Shown here piece by piece: positions 50,101 through 63,009 of a DNA stretch of 64,000 nucleotides. Every line of letters starts with the position of its first letter. Position 1 is the stretch's first letter. The notes beneath the pieces are model-generated. The model was not told the origin of the DNA. It saw nothing but the letters and a program-made list of their open reading frames with translations, and did no database searches. The translations under genes were made by a program, and so were the position numbers. Origin of the DNA: Haliotis rufescens (taxonomy: Eukaryota); the NCBI RefSeq assembly GCF_023055435.1, contig NW_025964223.1, forward strand, positions 55,304,001 to 55,368,000, read 5' to 3'.

Positions 50101-52086
50101 CCCATGCTTGTTGTATGAAGTGACTTAACAGGTCCGGTTGGTCAGACTCACTGACTTGGTTGATGCATGTCAATGTATCCCAGTTGGGTAGATCGATGCT
50201 CATGATGTCAGTCACTGGATTGTCTGGTCCAGACTCGATTATTTACAGACTGAAGTCATATAGCTGGAATAGTGCTGAGTGTGGCGTTAAACAACAAACC
50301 AACAACAGAAAGCCTGGTTTCTTTATCTGTTCTGTGTTTACTTGTAGTGTGAACACGTGTGACAAACACCAAGACCTTGATCAATTCTTCAAAAGTTCAT
50401 TTGAACACGGTCGATCGTACTGGCCATTTCCATCTTTATCACATGCTATGTAATGCAGGGACAAATGGAGATCAGCATGCCCTGTTGGCTATAATTAATT
50501 TTTTTTCGAATAAAAAAGTAATTGTTAGTTGACGATTCAACACTGTCCATGCAAATTATCCTTGTGATAAGGCTAAAAAAAAGATAAGTCTTGGTTCGCA
50601 GGCACTGCCAGCATTTTCATAAAGTCCGTAGCACGTTTTGTTTTTATTTTCATCCCCCCGCCCACAATGAAATCCTGATACTTAAAAACAATCCAATCCA
50701 ATTTAGCACACAGTTACTTCCCTTAACATGCGCACTGCTTTACTGCGCATCTCGTGGCGGCAATAAGAGTTTGTATTTTGTATGCTTGTTTATGTAGGGA
50801 GGCCCTGTCTCAGGTTGATGGCACACAACTGTTTATTTAGTTACATACTCGTTTGAACAAGCACAAAAAACAAAAAAACATCGCCCACCTGCACTATATT
50901 TTCGTTGCCTGAGAACCAATTCTTTTGTTTTTTTAAGCCTAAAGTAGAATTTTTCCACTAAATTTAGAGTATGTTGAAGAACATGTTTTGTTGTAATGAC
51001 CTTGACATTGACCAGCTGACAAAGATTGAAGGCGAGGAGAGAAGTGCACCGCCACCAGCTGAGGAAGGGGAGGTAAGTCTGTCAGCACACTCTTGGAAGT
51101 ATAGATGATTGAAATTAAAACGCAAATTTTCTTGGCTATTTCTTCTTGTCAGTGTAGGGGCGGTCGGGTAGCCTCGTGGTTAAAGCGTTCGCTCGTCACG
51201 CCGAAAACCTGGGTTATATTCCCGACATGGGTACAATGTGTGAAGCCCATTTCTGGTGTCCCCCGCCATGAAATTGCTGGAATATTGCTAAAAGCGGCGT
51301 AAAACAATACTCAATCACTCTCTTGTCAGTGTAACATGATATGAGCTGAACTGTGATGCCTAAGTTTGCTGTACTATAGAAATGGGAGAAATTCTTTTGA
51401 TGAATGATGATGGAATATTAGTCGTGTCACTATGTGATTTGTGACAAAGTTAATGAGAAACATCTGTATATGCTTGGTAGACATTATTTGAAATGTTGCA
51501 TAAGGATGCTCTTCCACAGGACTATCCGATTAATTACTGGAACATTTTACTTGATATTTTAACATTTTTTAAATATTTTCCAACCACAATCATATAACTG
51601 AGCATAGGTCAGGTTTCATCTGGATAAACTTTAGTGAGTGAGTGCATGTTTATACACCACATTCCACAAGCCTATCAATCAGTGGGGGGTGGTCGGGTAG
51701 CCTAGTGCTTAAAGCGTTCGCTCGACACGCCGAAGATCCGGGTTCGAATCCCGAAATGGGTACAATGTGTGAAGCCCATTTCTGGTGTCCCCCACCGTGA
51801 TATTGCTGGAATATTGCTAAAAGCGGCGTAAAACCAAACTCACTCACTCACTCAACCAGTGGATTGCCTGACTTCGACTCAATTACAGATGATATAACTT
51901 GAATATTGCTGACGCATCATAAAACAACAGGTCCTGATGCCCTTTCAGGAATGTTCCTTCCCTGTGCCTGTATTTCTCAAATGTAAGCATCCTTTTTGTC
52001 AGGCTGCTATGGAGGCCCAGGATGATGCCGCAGCACCTTCAGAACCCAGCGTAGCTGCCCCAGAGACTGAGGGTATGGACCACTAG
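41189..52086 (+). CDS. PSMA1: Proteasome subunit alpha type-1 (278 aa, 11 coding exons)
   Basis: Exons 41189-41191 (ATG), 42999-43043, 43527-43628, 45289-45392, 45694-45782, 46665-46735, 47362-47491, 48388-48467, 49441-49512, 51016-51072 and 52003-52086 total 837 nt. They encode [40 protein letters not shown]...[19 protein letters not shown]...[28 protein letters not shown]...GMDH*. Confidence 0.96.
43674..44274. mobile_element. Tc1/mariner(pogo)-type MITE
   Basis: TA TSD; TIR CAGTCAAGTCCCGTTAATCCGACA / TGTTGGATTAACGAGACTTGACTG. Confidence 0.8.
44752..45112. mobile_element. hAT-type MITE
   Basis: Perfect 8-bp TSD GGCTACAG (44744-44751, 45113-45120); TIR TAGGGCTGGCTA / TAGCTAGCCCTA. Confidence 0.85.
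45783..46664 (+). other. U12-type (minor spliceosome) GT-AG intron 5 of PSMA1
   Basis: 5' site GTATCCTT; branch CCTTAAC at 46649-46655 close to the AG, with no polypyrimidine tract. Confidence 0.9.
49513..51015 (+). other. U12-type GT-AG intron 9 of PSMA1
   Basis: 5' site GTATCCTTT; branch CCTTGAC at 51000-51006, 9 nt before the end of the intron, with no polypyrimidine tract. Confidence 0.85.
50571..50939. mobile_element. MITE with TAA TSD (PIF/Harbinger-like)
   Basis: ~35-bp imperfect TIR GGCTAAAAAAAAG..TTGGTTCGCAGGCA / TGCCTGAGAACCAA..TTTTTTAAGCC, with TAA on both sides. Confidence 0.6.
51157..51320 (+). mobile_element. SINE family A with a 13-bp TSD
   Basis: TCTTGTCAGTGTA at 51144-51156 and 51321-51333. 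Confidence 0.92.
51684..51851 (+). mobile_element. SINE family A
   Basis: Full length with box A/B, (ACTC)n tail and TSD TCAA(T/C)CAGT. Confidence 0.88.
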
Positions 52087-52493
52087 ACAGGCAGTCATCA
52101 TCATCGCCCAGTTGACACGATGCTCTCATTGCCAATACAAGTCATCTATCATCAACACAAACAAATACTGGTGTTCAGACATCAGTCTGAGGAGTAATAC
52201 TGTTAGGTGTCTATCATGACTCGTTCTGAGTATAAAACCTTGCTTTTGAGAATGTCATCAGTTGTTGATGTTACTGACAAATTGTTATGTATTTTCAAAA
52301 GATGCTTAAATACTGATGTATGAAGAGAGGTCAAGTTGATTTTCTGGGGTTAGATTTCAAATGTTCATGGACATTTTGAATCCTAAACCTGTTTATGAAC
52401 TATAGTGCTGGTGGCTTAAAGAGCATTGAACATTGAAACATATTTATGTCATCCACTGTACATTTCCTTTCTGTTGCTGAACATGTGTATTAC

Positions 52494-52499
52494 AATAAA
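52494..52499 (+). terminator. Probable PSMA1 polyadenylation signal
   Basis: AATAAA ~410 nt after the stop, followed by GT-rich sequence. Confidence 0.55.
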
Positions 52500-54631
52500 T
52501 ACAAATTTGAAATGGTAGCTTAGTGTTTGTAGTTTATGAACCTACCCGTGAAGATTCCTGGGTAGAATAGGTCTTCAGCAACCCATGCTTGCCGTAAAAG
52601 GTGACTATGCTTTTCGTTAAAGGCGACTAACGGGATCGGGTGGTCAGGCTCGCTGACTTGGTTGATGCATGTCATCGATCCCAATTGTGTGGATCGATGC
52701 TCATGATATCAATCACTGGATTGTCTGTTCCATACTCGATTATTTACAGACCTCTGTCATATAGCTGGAATATTGCTGAGTGCGGAGTTAAACAACAAAC
52801 CAAACCAAAAGAATATGAAGCATGTATCTGTTCACTAGATTGGTCAACACTTTAAATATTGTTCATCGCAAACAGGAGCCCCAGTGCCTATGAGCAAATC
52901 CCGAGGGGGAGGCACGCTTAGCATGACATTATGAAGGGGCATGCAGTAGCCCTGAAGCATTGTAATAAACAATTAACAAGTTGTTTATCCATGATGACAT
53001 ATGGACAAACATATAACTAAATCATTTGGTGCCATGTATTCAACAAAATCCTGTATCCACACTTGCTGTCAACTTGTATTTGTAACTTCAGGCCCATAGG
53101 AACAGGGGTCCTTCCGAATCTATTTTTTTATCAACAGATTTTCACAAGGAGAATTTTGCTCACCCCCTACCACCCATTGGCCAACATCTACATATATACA
53201 GCGTATTTGCTGAGCTACAAGGATGTAATGTTTGCAGCTACACCCCCACTATGATTTGGTGATATGTTATCAACAAAAATAACAATTGACTAATTTTGGC
53301 AAACACACGCAAATTGTTTCCACAAAGTTATCTTAGAGCTACGATCTGGTAGCATAGTGTTAAGCGCTAAGATGGCTTTCTGGAAAGGGCCAAGGCATGA
53401 ATCTGGTCAAGATTCTATAACTGATTCTATCACCAGGACTGCATGCACCTTGTGGTCCAAGCCAAGATGACAAGGTCTTACATCTGCTGAAATGAGATTG
53501 GTTAACACATGAGGCGAGTTACTTTGCTCCAATCTTATTCATCAATCTAACGGGACGTGTTAACACACCAGCATGGTGGACATTCGGTCTGTAGGTGTAT
53601 AGCCCTTGGATATGTGTTCCCTGCCACAGATAGGTTTCAGTCAAGTTGAATGCAAACGTTTAGTGCCAGGCATATAAACCTTCTTGCCTTTCATTCATAC
53701 CTGAAACAAGTTCTGCTTTTCTCTAAAAAATTGTTTCTTTGGCTTTTTTTTGTTTAACACCGCACTCAGCAATATAACATCTCTATGACGGTGGTCTGTA
53801 AATAATCGAGTCTGGACCAGACCACCCAGTGATTGTTATCATGAACGCTGACGCAACTGGGATACGATGACATGCATGAACAAAGTCAGCGAGCTTGACT
53901 ACCCAGGGCGGTATTCTTAAATAAACTTAAATCTTGAAAAAAACTAACTTCTTAGTTTTTCTATGAATACCACCCCCGATCTCGAACACGTTAGTCGCTT
54001 CTTACAAGTATGGGTTGCTGAAGACCAATTCTAACCCGGAACTTCACGGGTCTTTTATCAAACAAACAGAAGATGTGTCATTATCTTTTTGACACGCCTC
54101 ATTCCTTGCCATGATCGAGTCAGGACCAGATGATGATGACCAGGGTCCGGTGATTCATTTATGAACAACGATCCACAGCATCTGGGTAAGATGACACTAA
54201 GCCTCACCACCCGATCCATTAGGTCGTCTCCTACGACCAGCACAGGTTGGACCCCGTCCCAGAAAGTGGTCACAGCTATAGGATTGTTATTAGTCAATTA
54301 GTTACGATCGCCATAGCGCTAAGATCGGTGTGTGGAGCGGGGCCGGGGGCCTATGTGAGTGAGTTGGGTTTAACGCCGCTTTTAACAATATTCCGCGTGT
54401 CAGCTTAATATGGGAGGAAAGCCCGAAGTGATGCAGGTCTCAGACGTTTACCAGTTCGGTGAAACCCACGAGAAACATAATCGGGGCGAACCGGGATTCG
54501 AACCCACAATCATGGGTTTCTGGCGTGCCCAAGGGACGCAACTCTGCACATCGAATCGCGGCGCCTTATACGACTGGGCCACCCGTGCCGCCCGGGGGTA
54601 AATATATACGACAAACCTACTTATGACCCAG

Positions 54632-57245
54632 GGCCTAGATTTTCGAAACGATCTTAGCTAAGATAAATCTTAACAACTTACGTTCAAAGATAAGATATCT
54701 TAAGGCTAAGATAAGATAGATTTTCGAAACTATCGTAAACCTGTCGCAGATCGTTCAGAGTTACGATACCTATCGTAACTCTGACAAGGAACTCATTTGT
54801 GTTAGAGATTGAAAAAGCGAGGTGTTTCCCAATGACGTCACGGGGATTTCCCAGCTGCTGACAATAACAACAACATAGATAAGTGACACGGAATTCATGA
54901 TCACATTGTCAGGTCACATTGTTTAACATGCACATATTTGAGTGAAATTCTGTACAATCCTACATATGTCCTACATGTAGACGTGTTGTTCTTATGATAA
55001 AAGATGCCATGACTAACCGAACACAAAAAGCATTCGTGTGCCATGCAATAGCATTTTTTAAAGCCAAAAAATGTTATAATCAATAAGTATAGCGTTACCA
55101 CACTTTAGCTATTAGAATGGAAATACTGTGCCAAATGATACTTCACAATTTTCCCTTCAAATGGTCCTCTCGTGACCGCGCAGAACTTTATGATACAAAC
55201 ACATCGCGTACAAAGTCAAGGACGAAAGTAAGGGACGTTATTCTAAATGACAATGACGAGACCTTTGATCGAACAGCATATGCGTTCAGCATTTAACATG
55301 CGTGTTCAAGTCTGATGTTAAGTGATGTATACTGTATATGTTTGTGTTTATGTCAAAAGTCAAGTTTATATTAGTGTAAACACCAACATTATACGTGGAA
55401 ACACTCAAAACAAAAATTGTTCAGGAAGCTGCGCACCCACAAGCAAGATTTTATGACAATCTAAGCTTGTTAAGTTTGTTTTGTTATTTATGTATCCAAT
55501 ATATTTCACGAATTAACCAAGGACTTAAATACAATATCAAGCTATAAGTATTTAGATGATGAAATTATTTTTTATCTATATAGATCCATAATTCTTTTCA
55601 AAATTTATAAGTGACACTAATTTTCGTTCGCAAAGAGAGATAATTTCGGAATTGTCAAGTTATGTTGTCTCATGGAACAAGCCACAAGTTAACGTAAACA
55701 TACATATAATGTAGTCATTTTCTATCCTTTTAAATTAAGTAGAGCTAATAAACTGATTTGTCTGATTTCATTTAAATCTGACTAAGGAGCGAAATACTTT
55801 GTAATGTGTCAAATCTATTCCAGAACGTAGTTCAATGATGTTTGGCTTGTCTGACAGCATTGCTGAGGATCATTTACTAGTATTTGTCCGTTGACCCTAA
55901 ACGTGACAACGATTTTATTGTTTGAATGGTCTCAAGTATATCTATATATTTTTTAAACATAAAACGGGAAGATGTAGACTTAAATATTAAAAACACCAAA
56001 ATATTTTAAAACCGGTTTATTGAATGCAAAGATTATTGTGTTGAAAATGTGTATTTTATATTGATCAGTATATTTCATTCAATAAACTTTTTTTTCTGCG
56101 AACATATATTGGAATTTGCAAACTATGCTACATTTTGACGAGAACCAGAACGAGCATGGGAACCCATTTTTTATTTGATTTGTCGATACGAAAATCTGTG
56201 CTTAACTTTTACTGTCAAAATTTCAGTAAATTGTTATATTTACTTGAATACATCTATATGCCGTTAATCAATGTTTTTAAAGAATGCAATTGTTCAACAA
56301 ACAGTTTTTAATCATTTTTTTTTTCAAATATTTGTCTTTCAAGATGATATAGATAACATAGGTATTAAATTTAAAACGAAACAAATTACAATTACTTTTG
56401 AAAGAAAAATATTAGATATTGAAAACAAATATTTGATCACATGTATTTCCTTGTTAAGTCAATAATCACTACACTGTATAGTTAAAATTCAATTATTAAA
56501 ACCACCCGTCCCACACGATTTTAGATGTAAAAACTTATGCGAAACCTTTATGGTTATTTTTACATATGTAGATTGATATAATTTTATCAAATGCGAAAAT
56601 AAAGACTAAAGCATTGACACAAATGCGATCCAGAAAATATAACAGCGGAACTCTGCGCTTTATGAAAACTGTACCATTGAGCAAGGTGTCCCGGGCGAGT
56701 ACAAAGGGAAACCACTCTCAACTAGAGTTTGAACTAAGATTAGCTCCCCCTGAGTTATCAATGAGGTCACGGTCATTACTGTAGCCTGCCGACACCTTCC
56801 CTTTTTATCCCTCCCAAATTATCGAAAAGGTATGTTGTTTCACACTTCTTCTGCATGGACTCGGATAGAAATATATTGTAAGCTATCGACTCCACAGTTA
56901 TGTGGATCGCTGTCGCGATTGAGAATTTTTTTGACGCGAAATCCATGATGCGTTCTTTTTGTTTTCGAAGTGTCAATTTGAATCACTCAGTTTTACCAAA
57001 TGAAATGTCAATGTTTGAACGTAAAGCAGACTTATTGTTTGGCAAAATATCTATGGAAAAGTATGCCGCCATCTTGGATGAAGATAAAATAAACTTACGA
57101 CAGGTATAGGGCTATCTTAGATTTACGACAAACTTAAGATATCTTAGGGCTACGATAGTTTCGAAAATAGGCTACGATAGCCTACGATTTCCTTACGATA
57201 ACTTTACGATAATCTTAGGGCTAAGATCGTTTCAAAATCTAGGCC
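54632..57245. mobile_element. 2.6-kb non-autonomous PIF/Harbinger-like transposon
   Basis: CAG TSD; TIR GGCCTAGATTTT(C)GAAACGATCTTAGC at both ends; subterminal ATCTTA/TAAGAT/TACGAT repeats; AT-rich interior without an intact ORF. Confidence 0.8.
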
Positions 57246-57577
57246 CAGACCTCCATGTCACAGCAATAAAAAGCGGCGTTAAACCATACTCACTCACTCA
57301 CAGCAATATATATTTTACCAAATATACGTTAAAGAACACTCGGTCTTTTTCATCTGACTATCATGACCATAGTCCTATATAAAAAATCGGGCGATCTCCT
57401 GAGTAGTATATTATGTCGGTTGTTTCACCTGAACACCGCAATATTCCGGCTAAATCACCGCGGCCTGTAAATGATCTTGTCTGGACCAGATAATTCAGCG
57501 ATTGATGTGAGCAGTGATCCGCGTCGTATATGTAACAGTGCTAACCTCAACATACTATATATGTACGTAGTCCTGAG

Positions 57578-57657
57578 CATCTTCCCGGGGCAAGGGAGTT
57601 AACTAGGTATAAAAGTCGACTTTTATAGTCAGTTAACTCCCTTGCCTCGGGAAGATG
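57578..57657. mobile_element. 80-bp foldback element with a 9-bp TSD (MULE-like)
   Basis: AGTCCTGAG at 57569-57577 and 57658-57666; the element is a near-perfect palindrome centred on GTCGAC. Confidence 0.8.
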
Positions 57658-58401
57658 AGTCCTGAGTGGAAGTTCTCTAAAGTGCTGTTCTGATAACACA
57701 CAATCAACCACGTCACAGAGACTTACTACCCGAAACATTACGTACCCTTTATCATTCTACGTGTTATTCAAGGTAATATTGACGGGTATTTGTCATAATG
57801 AGAGAGTGAGTTGTGTTAGATGCCGCTTTTAACAGTATTCCAGTTATATTGCGGCGTGTCAGCTTAATGTCTGAGGAAAGCCCGAAGTGGTGCAGGTCTC
57901 AGACGTTTACCACTTCGGTGAAACCCACGAGCACGGGTATGGTGCTGACAAACCTAGAAACATAATCGGGGTGAACCGGGATTCGAACCCACACACATAG
58001 GTTTCTGGCGTGACCAAGGGACGCAACTCTGCACAGCGAATTGTCATAATGAAGAAAACAAACCAGTGGTAGTGTTTTGTGATGCAAGGCAGTGGCCAAA
58101 AATGTCAGGTTGGGGTCTTGAACACTATCACAGTTATAATTGTGCGTGACAGCCTAATGTATGAGGAAACCCGAAGTATGTCATTCACAGACCTTAACTG
58201 CTTTGATCTTGAACTTCAGTCAAAACACAGTAAGGCATAATATATGAAAGTTATGATTGATTGTCAGACGAAAGATCAGCTATGAAAATGAATGCGAACG
58301 GTTTCGGAACCAAAATCTATAACGCCACAACACACTCGAAACATTTCACATGGACCATGTAATTCCTCCGCGCATGTGGGTAGGTGGTCTTTTTTGGTTT
58401 T

Positions 58402-58706
58402 GACCGCCTCCGTGGTCTAGTGGTAGAGCTTCCCCCCGGAGAGCGGAAGGTCTGGGGTTCGATCCCCGACCGCGTCATACCAAAAGACGTTAAAAGATTA
58501 CTTCTTGTACTTATTACTACCCTGTCTGGCGCTCGGCATTAAGGGTATTCATGTTAAACTGCGGCATGGCATCTCAGTGGGCTAGCACTATAAATCGGCA
58601 CCAGTCCGGACTAGTACAAGCAGCCACACAAACACACACGTACATGCACGTCGCTATATAAATGCAATAATCTTGGACGCGACGTTAAACCCCATTTCAC
58701 CTCACA
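58402..58706 (+). mobile_element. SINE family C (internally deleted)
   Basis: Homologous to 13681-14033. Confidence 0.8.
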
Positions 58707-58799
58707 TTCTTGATTTTAAAAGGTCCTCAATCGTTCTCAGTCTGTGGTATCATTAAATTTCATTGTCTACAATAACACGTAAGCCCTCTGCTCTTGCTT

Positions 58800-59370
58800 T
58801 AATGCAGTATTTGTGATCTCCAAGTGCTGAACGCCTGGGAGCTATTTGCATGATTCAAACCAGCAGGACTCAACAAGAGGTAGTCAACATGTTCTATGTG
58901 CCTCGAGCTCAGTCTGTGATTTGCAGACTGAAGGACAGTTTTCTGCAGATACAAATTGGTATTGACCGGCTAACACAAGTCCAGGATCGATCATTCAGAA
59001 ACCAGATAGACGTGGACGTGTCTAGAGACGGCTTAACGAACGTCAACGTAAGACACCATGACATATTTGGTGGTGGGTCTGTAATGATATGAGCGGGATC
59101 ACTATGACTACCAGAGCGCCACCGTGCATGTATCCTGTAGAATTTAATGGCCAGCCACGAGTCCTGACCTTTCCCCCATTGAGAACGTCTGGGACATGAT
59201 CGGGAGACGTGTACGTCGACGTCAAAAGCCACCTCGCCGACGTCAAAAGCCACCTGCTAAGCCGTAAGCCTAACTTTGCAAGGCGCTGCAAGAGGAGGGC
59301 ACAAGACTCCCTCAAATTGTCACTGGGAGATTGATTCGGACCATGCCACGCCGTAACAACGATTATTGGG
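58800..59370 (+). pseudogene. Degraded, internally deleted Tc1 transposase
   Basis: Fragments TQQEVVNMF..QSVICRL (HTH), FGGGSVMI and WPATSPDLSPIENVWDMIGRRV (Tc1 SPDLNPIE motif, from 59147), with stops and frameshifts. Confidence 0.8.
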
Positions 59371-59419
59371 CATGGTCGAGTCATTTCAAACGTACAATTG
59401 TTGACAACACACGCCTATC

Positions 59420-59771
59420 GGGGGCGGTCGGGTAGCCTAGTGGTTAAAGCGTCCGCTCGTCACGCCGAAGACCCGGGTTCGATTCCCGACTTGGGTACAA
59501 TGTGTGGAGCCCATTTCTGGTGTTCCCCGCCGTGATATTGCTGGAATATTGCTAAAAGCAGCGTAAAACCATACTCACTCACTCACTCACTCACGCATAT
59601 CGTCTTTCTTGGTTGGGGACGGTGGGGTGGCCCAGTGGCTGAAGCATCCGATCGTCACGCCGAAGACGATTCGAGGGTTCGATTCCCCGCATGGGTACAA
59701 TGTGTGTCCCCAATCGGGATATTGTTGGAATATTGCTAAAAGCGGCGTAAAACCATACTCACTCACTCACT
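59420..59771 (+). mobile_element. Two adjacent family A SINEs (59420-59591, 59615-59771)
   Basis: Box A/B heads and (ACTC)n tails. Confidence 0.85.
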
Positions 59772-59860
59772 GTCTGCATGGGTTGTTTACACCCTAACAA
59801 TACATCGGCAAAATGTTCTGTTGATAGTCATGTTGCACCTTAATAGTCCTTCCTTTTTTC

Positions 59861-60216
59861 GACCGCCTCCATGGTCTAGTGGTAGAGCGTCCGCCCGGAG
59901 AGCGGAAGGTTCGATTCCCGGTCGCGTCATACCAAAAGACGTTAAAAGATGGTACTTGTTGTTACCCTATCTGGCGCTCGGCATTAAGGGGCTAAAACAA
60001 GGACTGGTCGGCTCGGAGTCAGTATACTGTGTCTGAGTGGGGTATTCATGTTAAACTGCGGCATGGTATCTCAGTGAGCTAGCACTATAAATCGGCATCA
60101 GTCCGGACTAGTACAAGCAGCCACACAAACACACACACGTACATGCACGTCGCTATATAAGTGCAATAATCTTGGACGCGACGTTAAACCCAATTTCACC
60201 TCACCTCACCTCACCT
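59861..60216 (+). mobile_element. SINE family C
   Basis: Homologous to 13681-14033. Confidence 0.82.
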
Positions 60217-60290
60217 TACATCTCAAAACCTCTTCATATATTTGTAATTATGTCATTTTCGAATATTTCCTTCTTTTTTTTAAGAGTATA

Positions 60291-60364
60291 CAGTAAACTA
60301 CGGTTATAACGAAGTCAAAGGGACCAGTAATTTTAGTTTGTTATAACCGCAGTTCGTTATATAA

Positions 60365-60402
<38 letters not shown>

Positions 60403-60475
60403 CCGGGACCAAAAAATAAGTTCTTTATATCCGTCAGTTCGTTATAAGCGTGTTCTTTATAAACGTAGTTTACTG
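60291..60475. mobile_element. Tc1/mariner(pogo)-type MITE
   Basis: TA TSD; TIR CAGTAAACTACG(G/T)TTATAA. Confidence 0.75.
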
Positions 60476-61993
60476 TACATAAATTAAGCTGGTTTTCATA
60501 ACCAGACAGATGTAAAGGCAGTACCGCATTATTCTTAGTCCGCCTAAAATATTGCTGGACACGTGGTAAGAAGCAATCAGATATTGCGACAGCTGCAGGA
60601 ACGGACTAATCCCTTCAAATCAACATTCCTATCGACGATCTGTGTTCACATTTAAACATGTGAAAACTGTCAAAACAAACCAACCATGCATGACGCAGAT
60701 ATACACCTGCACGACTGGACTCAAACCTTGTCACGCATGACGACATGGAAAATTAAGCTTGTTTCACCTGTACGCCAAAACGTGAATGTACAACACTTCA
60801 TAAGAACGTAAAAAGACAATAAGCCAGGAAAATATTTGCCGCAGGGCGTCGCGTCTTGTTCGCGTAACATGCTGTCATGTTTAAACCTAACACTTTAAGA
60901 TGTATTCACTTACCTAATATAAGGTCACAATGTGAAAGTTTCGCATGAAACCTATATAGCTCTAATTTCCACTTAGTACTAGCTTCCATGCGAACATTTC
61001 ACAATATGGCCTTGCAATATTAGGTAATATATTTTGAAGTGTTTTGTAATACAATCATGAACGTAATTATTTTTACGTTCATGGCTGTGTTGCAACAAAT
61101 GTTTTATTCGCACAGTTGGTCCATATGCTGCAATATTCATGCATATACACCCGCTTCAGGGGCGTCACAGCTGATATCGACAGAGAATTTTTATCAATTT
61201 ACTTTTATACAGTGCACTGCATGCTGCAATGGTGTGTGGCCGCGGTTACCGTACGTCCTCGTTCGTTCATTTTTTTATCAGTTCGAATCCCTGACTGATT
61301 TCCGGTTTGTCAGCACCCCATGCTCGTGGTAGGTGGGTCTGACACAGCTTTTAACAGTATTCCAGGTAAATCACGGCGTGTCTGCTTAATGTGGGAGGAA
61401 AGCCCGAAGTAATGCAGGTCTCAGACGTTTACCACTTCGGTGAAACCCACGAGCACGGGTATGGTGCATGACAAACCTGGAAATAAAACTGGAAGAACCG
61501 GGATTCGAACCCGAATTCATAGGCTTCTGGCGGGCCAAGCACGCATCTCTCCACAGCTAAATATGGCACCATAGGCGACTGGGCCACTCGTGCCCCTTCA
61601 TGCTCGTGGGTTTAGAATTGGTCCTAAACAACCTATATGCTGGTCGTATATTATAGTAAGAGATGGGCAAATGGATCGTGTGGTCGGGTTCTGTTACTTG
61701 GCACCCCCGACGGCGTTGGGCATTGCTCATTGTATTAATCACTGGTTTGTCTGGTCCAGACTCGATGTGTGCAGGTGGCACTCAAGGAATGATGTTGATT
61801 GAATTGTATGATATGCTGGTATTATCACATTAAACAAATTAAAGAATCCTATTCAAGACACGCTGACGATAGCCACCATGTTATTGGTTCTTCGATTTGA
61901 TTTTTTGGGAATTCCTTTGTTATTTTCAAATTATTAGTGTCACAACTAACGCGAACATTCTGTGAGCGTTAATTTAACTACGAAAAAACGAAT

Positions 61994-62042
<49 letters not shown>

Positions 62043-62351
62043 GAAAGCGTTTTTACTCAGATGAAATATAGGACATTGCAGCAGATTACGTTTAACAATA
62101 TTAAGGAAAGCGTCAACAACCTGTAAAAAAAATTACTAAGTCACTTTCTGGGTTGGCAGAGCGAGCTATCTGTCAAATACGACACACGTTTGTTTACGCG
62201 ACACAATTTTCCAATGATAAATAGGAGCCTCTTGGAGGTGTGCCTCAACCAACCAATCAAAGCGCTTCTATTCGGGTCACGCTGTGTCAAGGAAAGGTCA
62301 AATGTTACAAACATTGGCAAGCGTGTTAATCGATAGGACGAATTCTACAAG

Positions 62352-62396
62352 ATGGATGCTGTAATTGGAAAGAAACGATGCGTTGGCAACGGGGTC
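62352..62396 (+). CDS. Possible first coding exon of an unidentified gene (MDAVIGKKRCVGNGV)
   Basis: AAGATGG Kozak-like start, strong GTAAGT donor at 62397, CCAAT boxes at about 62212 and 62254, CpG-richer context. No homology recognised. Confidence 0.35.
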
Positions 62397-63009
62397 GTAA
62401 GTATTTTAATCACTCACTGTAAGATACTGTTTGCTTATTTTACAAGAACGTGTCTGGAAGCAAACGAAATGCAAGATGTCACCAACATCCTGCCCAGCCA
62501 GGGTGACATTGGATGATTGGTTGATAGTCCCATTTTGTTTTAGACTTGTACCGTTCTTGGGTTCATGTCGATTCCTTTTCCCGTTACTCCTGAAATGCTT
62601 CCATGCAACGGACAGTAAATGTGCTGGACAATAATCTTTAGATATTTTTTACAATGAAACACATCAGATACGGGGCTCAAATTTGTGTTTCTGAGACCAT
62701 TCTCATCACCAGCTGATATATATAGGCCAAGATCGATAATGTTGGGAAGGATATCGATTAGCGAGCCATGTTTCTTTCCATTGATTTTGAGCTATTATGA
62801 AAGATGTTGTATTGAACAGTATTCCTCAAACTGTACGTTTATTCCTCTGGGAAAGCTGGAATTGACTGTTATATATATATATAAGACAAATATATTATCA
62901 TACATTTAGTAAACTATTTGGGTCAACTATTTAATAAACCTTTCTTTTACTTTGCAAAAAAATGGAGTTGAATGGAGAAAAGCATAAAGCAGGCTGATTG
63001 CCATGCTGA

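Noticed and set aside
819-52086. Functional ubiquitin-proteasome cluster (E3 ligase + kinases + proteasome subunit)
   Set aside because: Neighbourhood in animal genomes is weak evidence, and nothing in the sequence links the three beyond adjacency.
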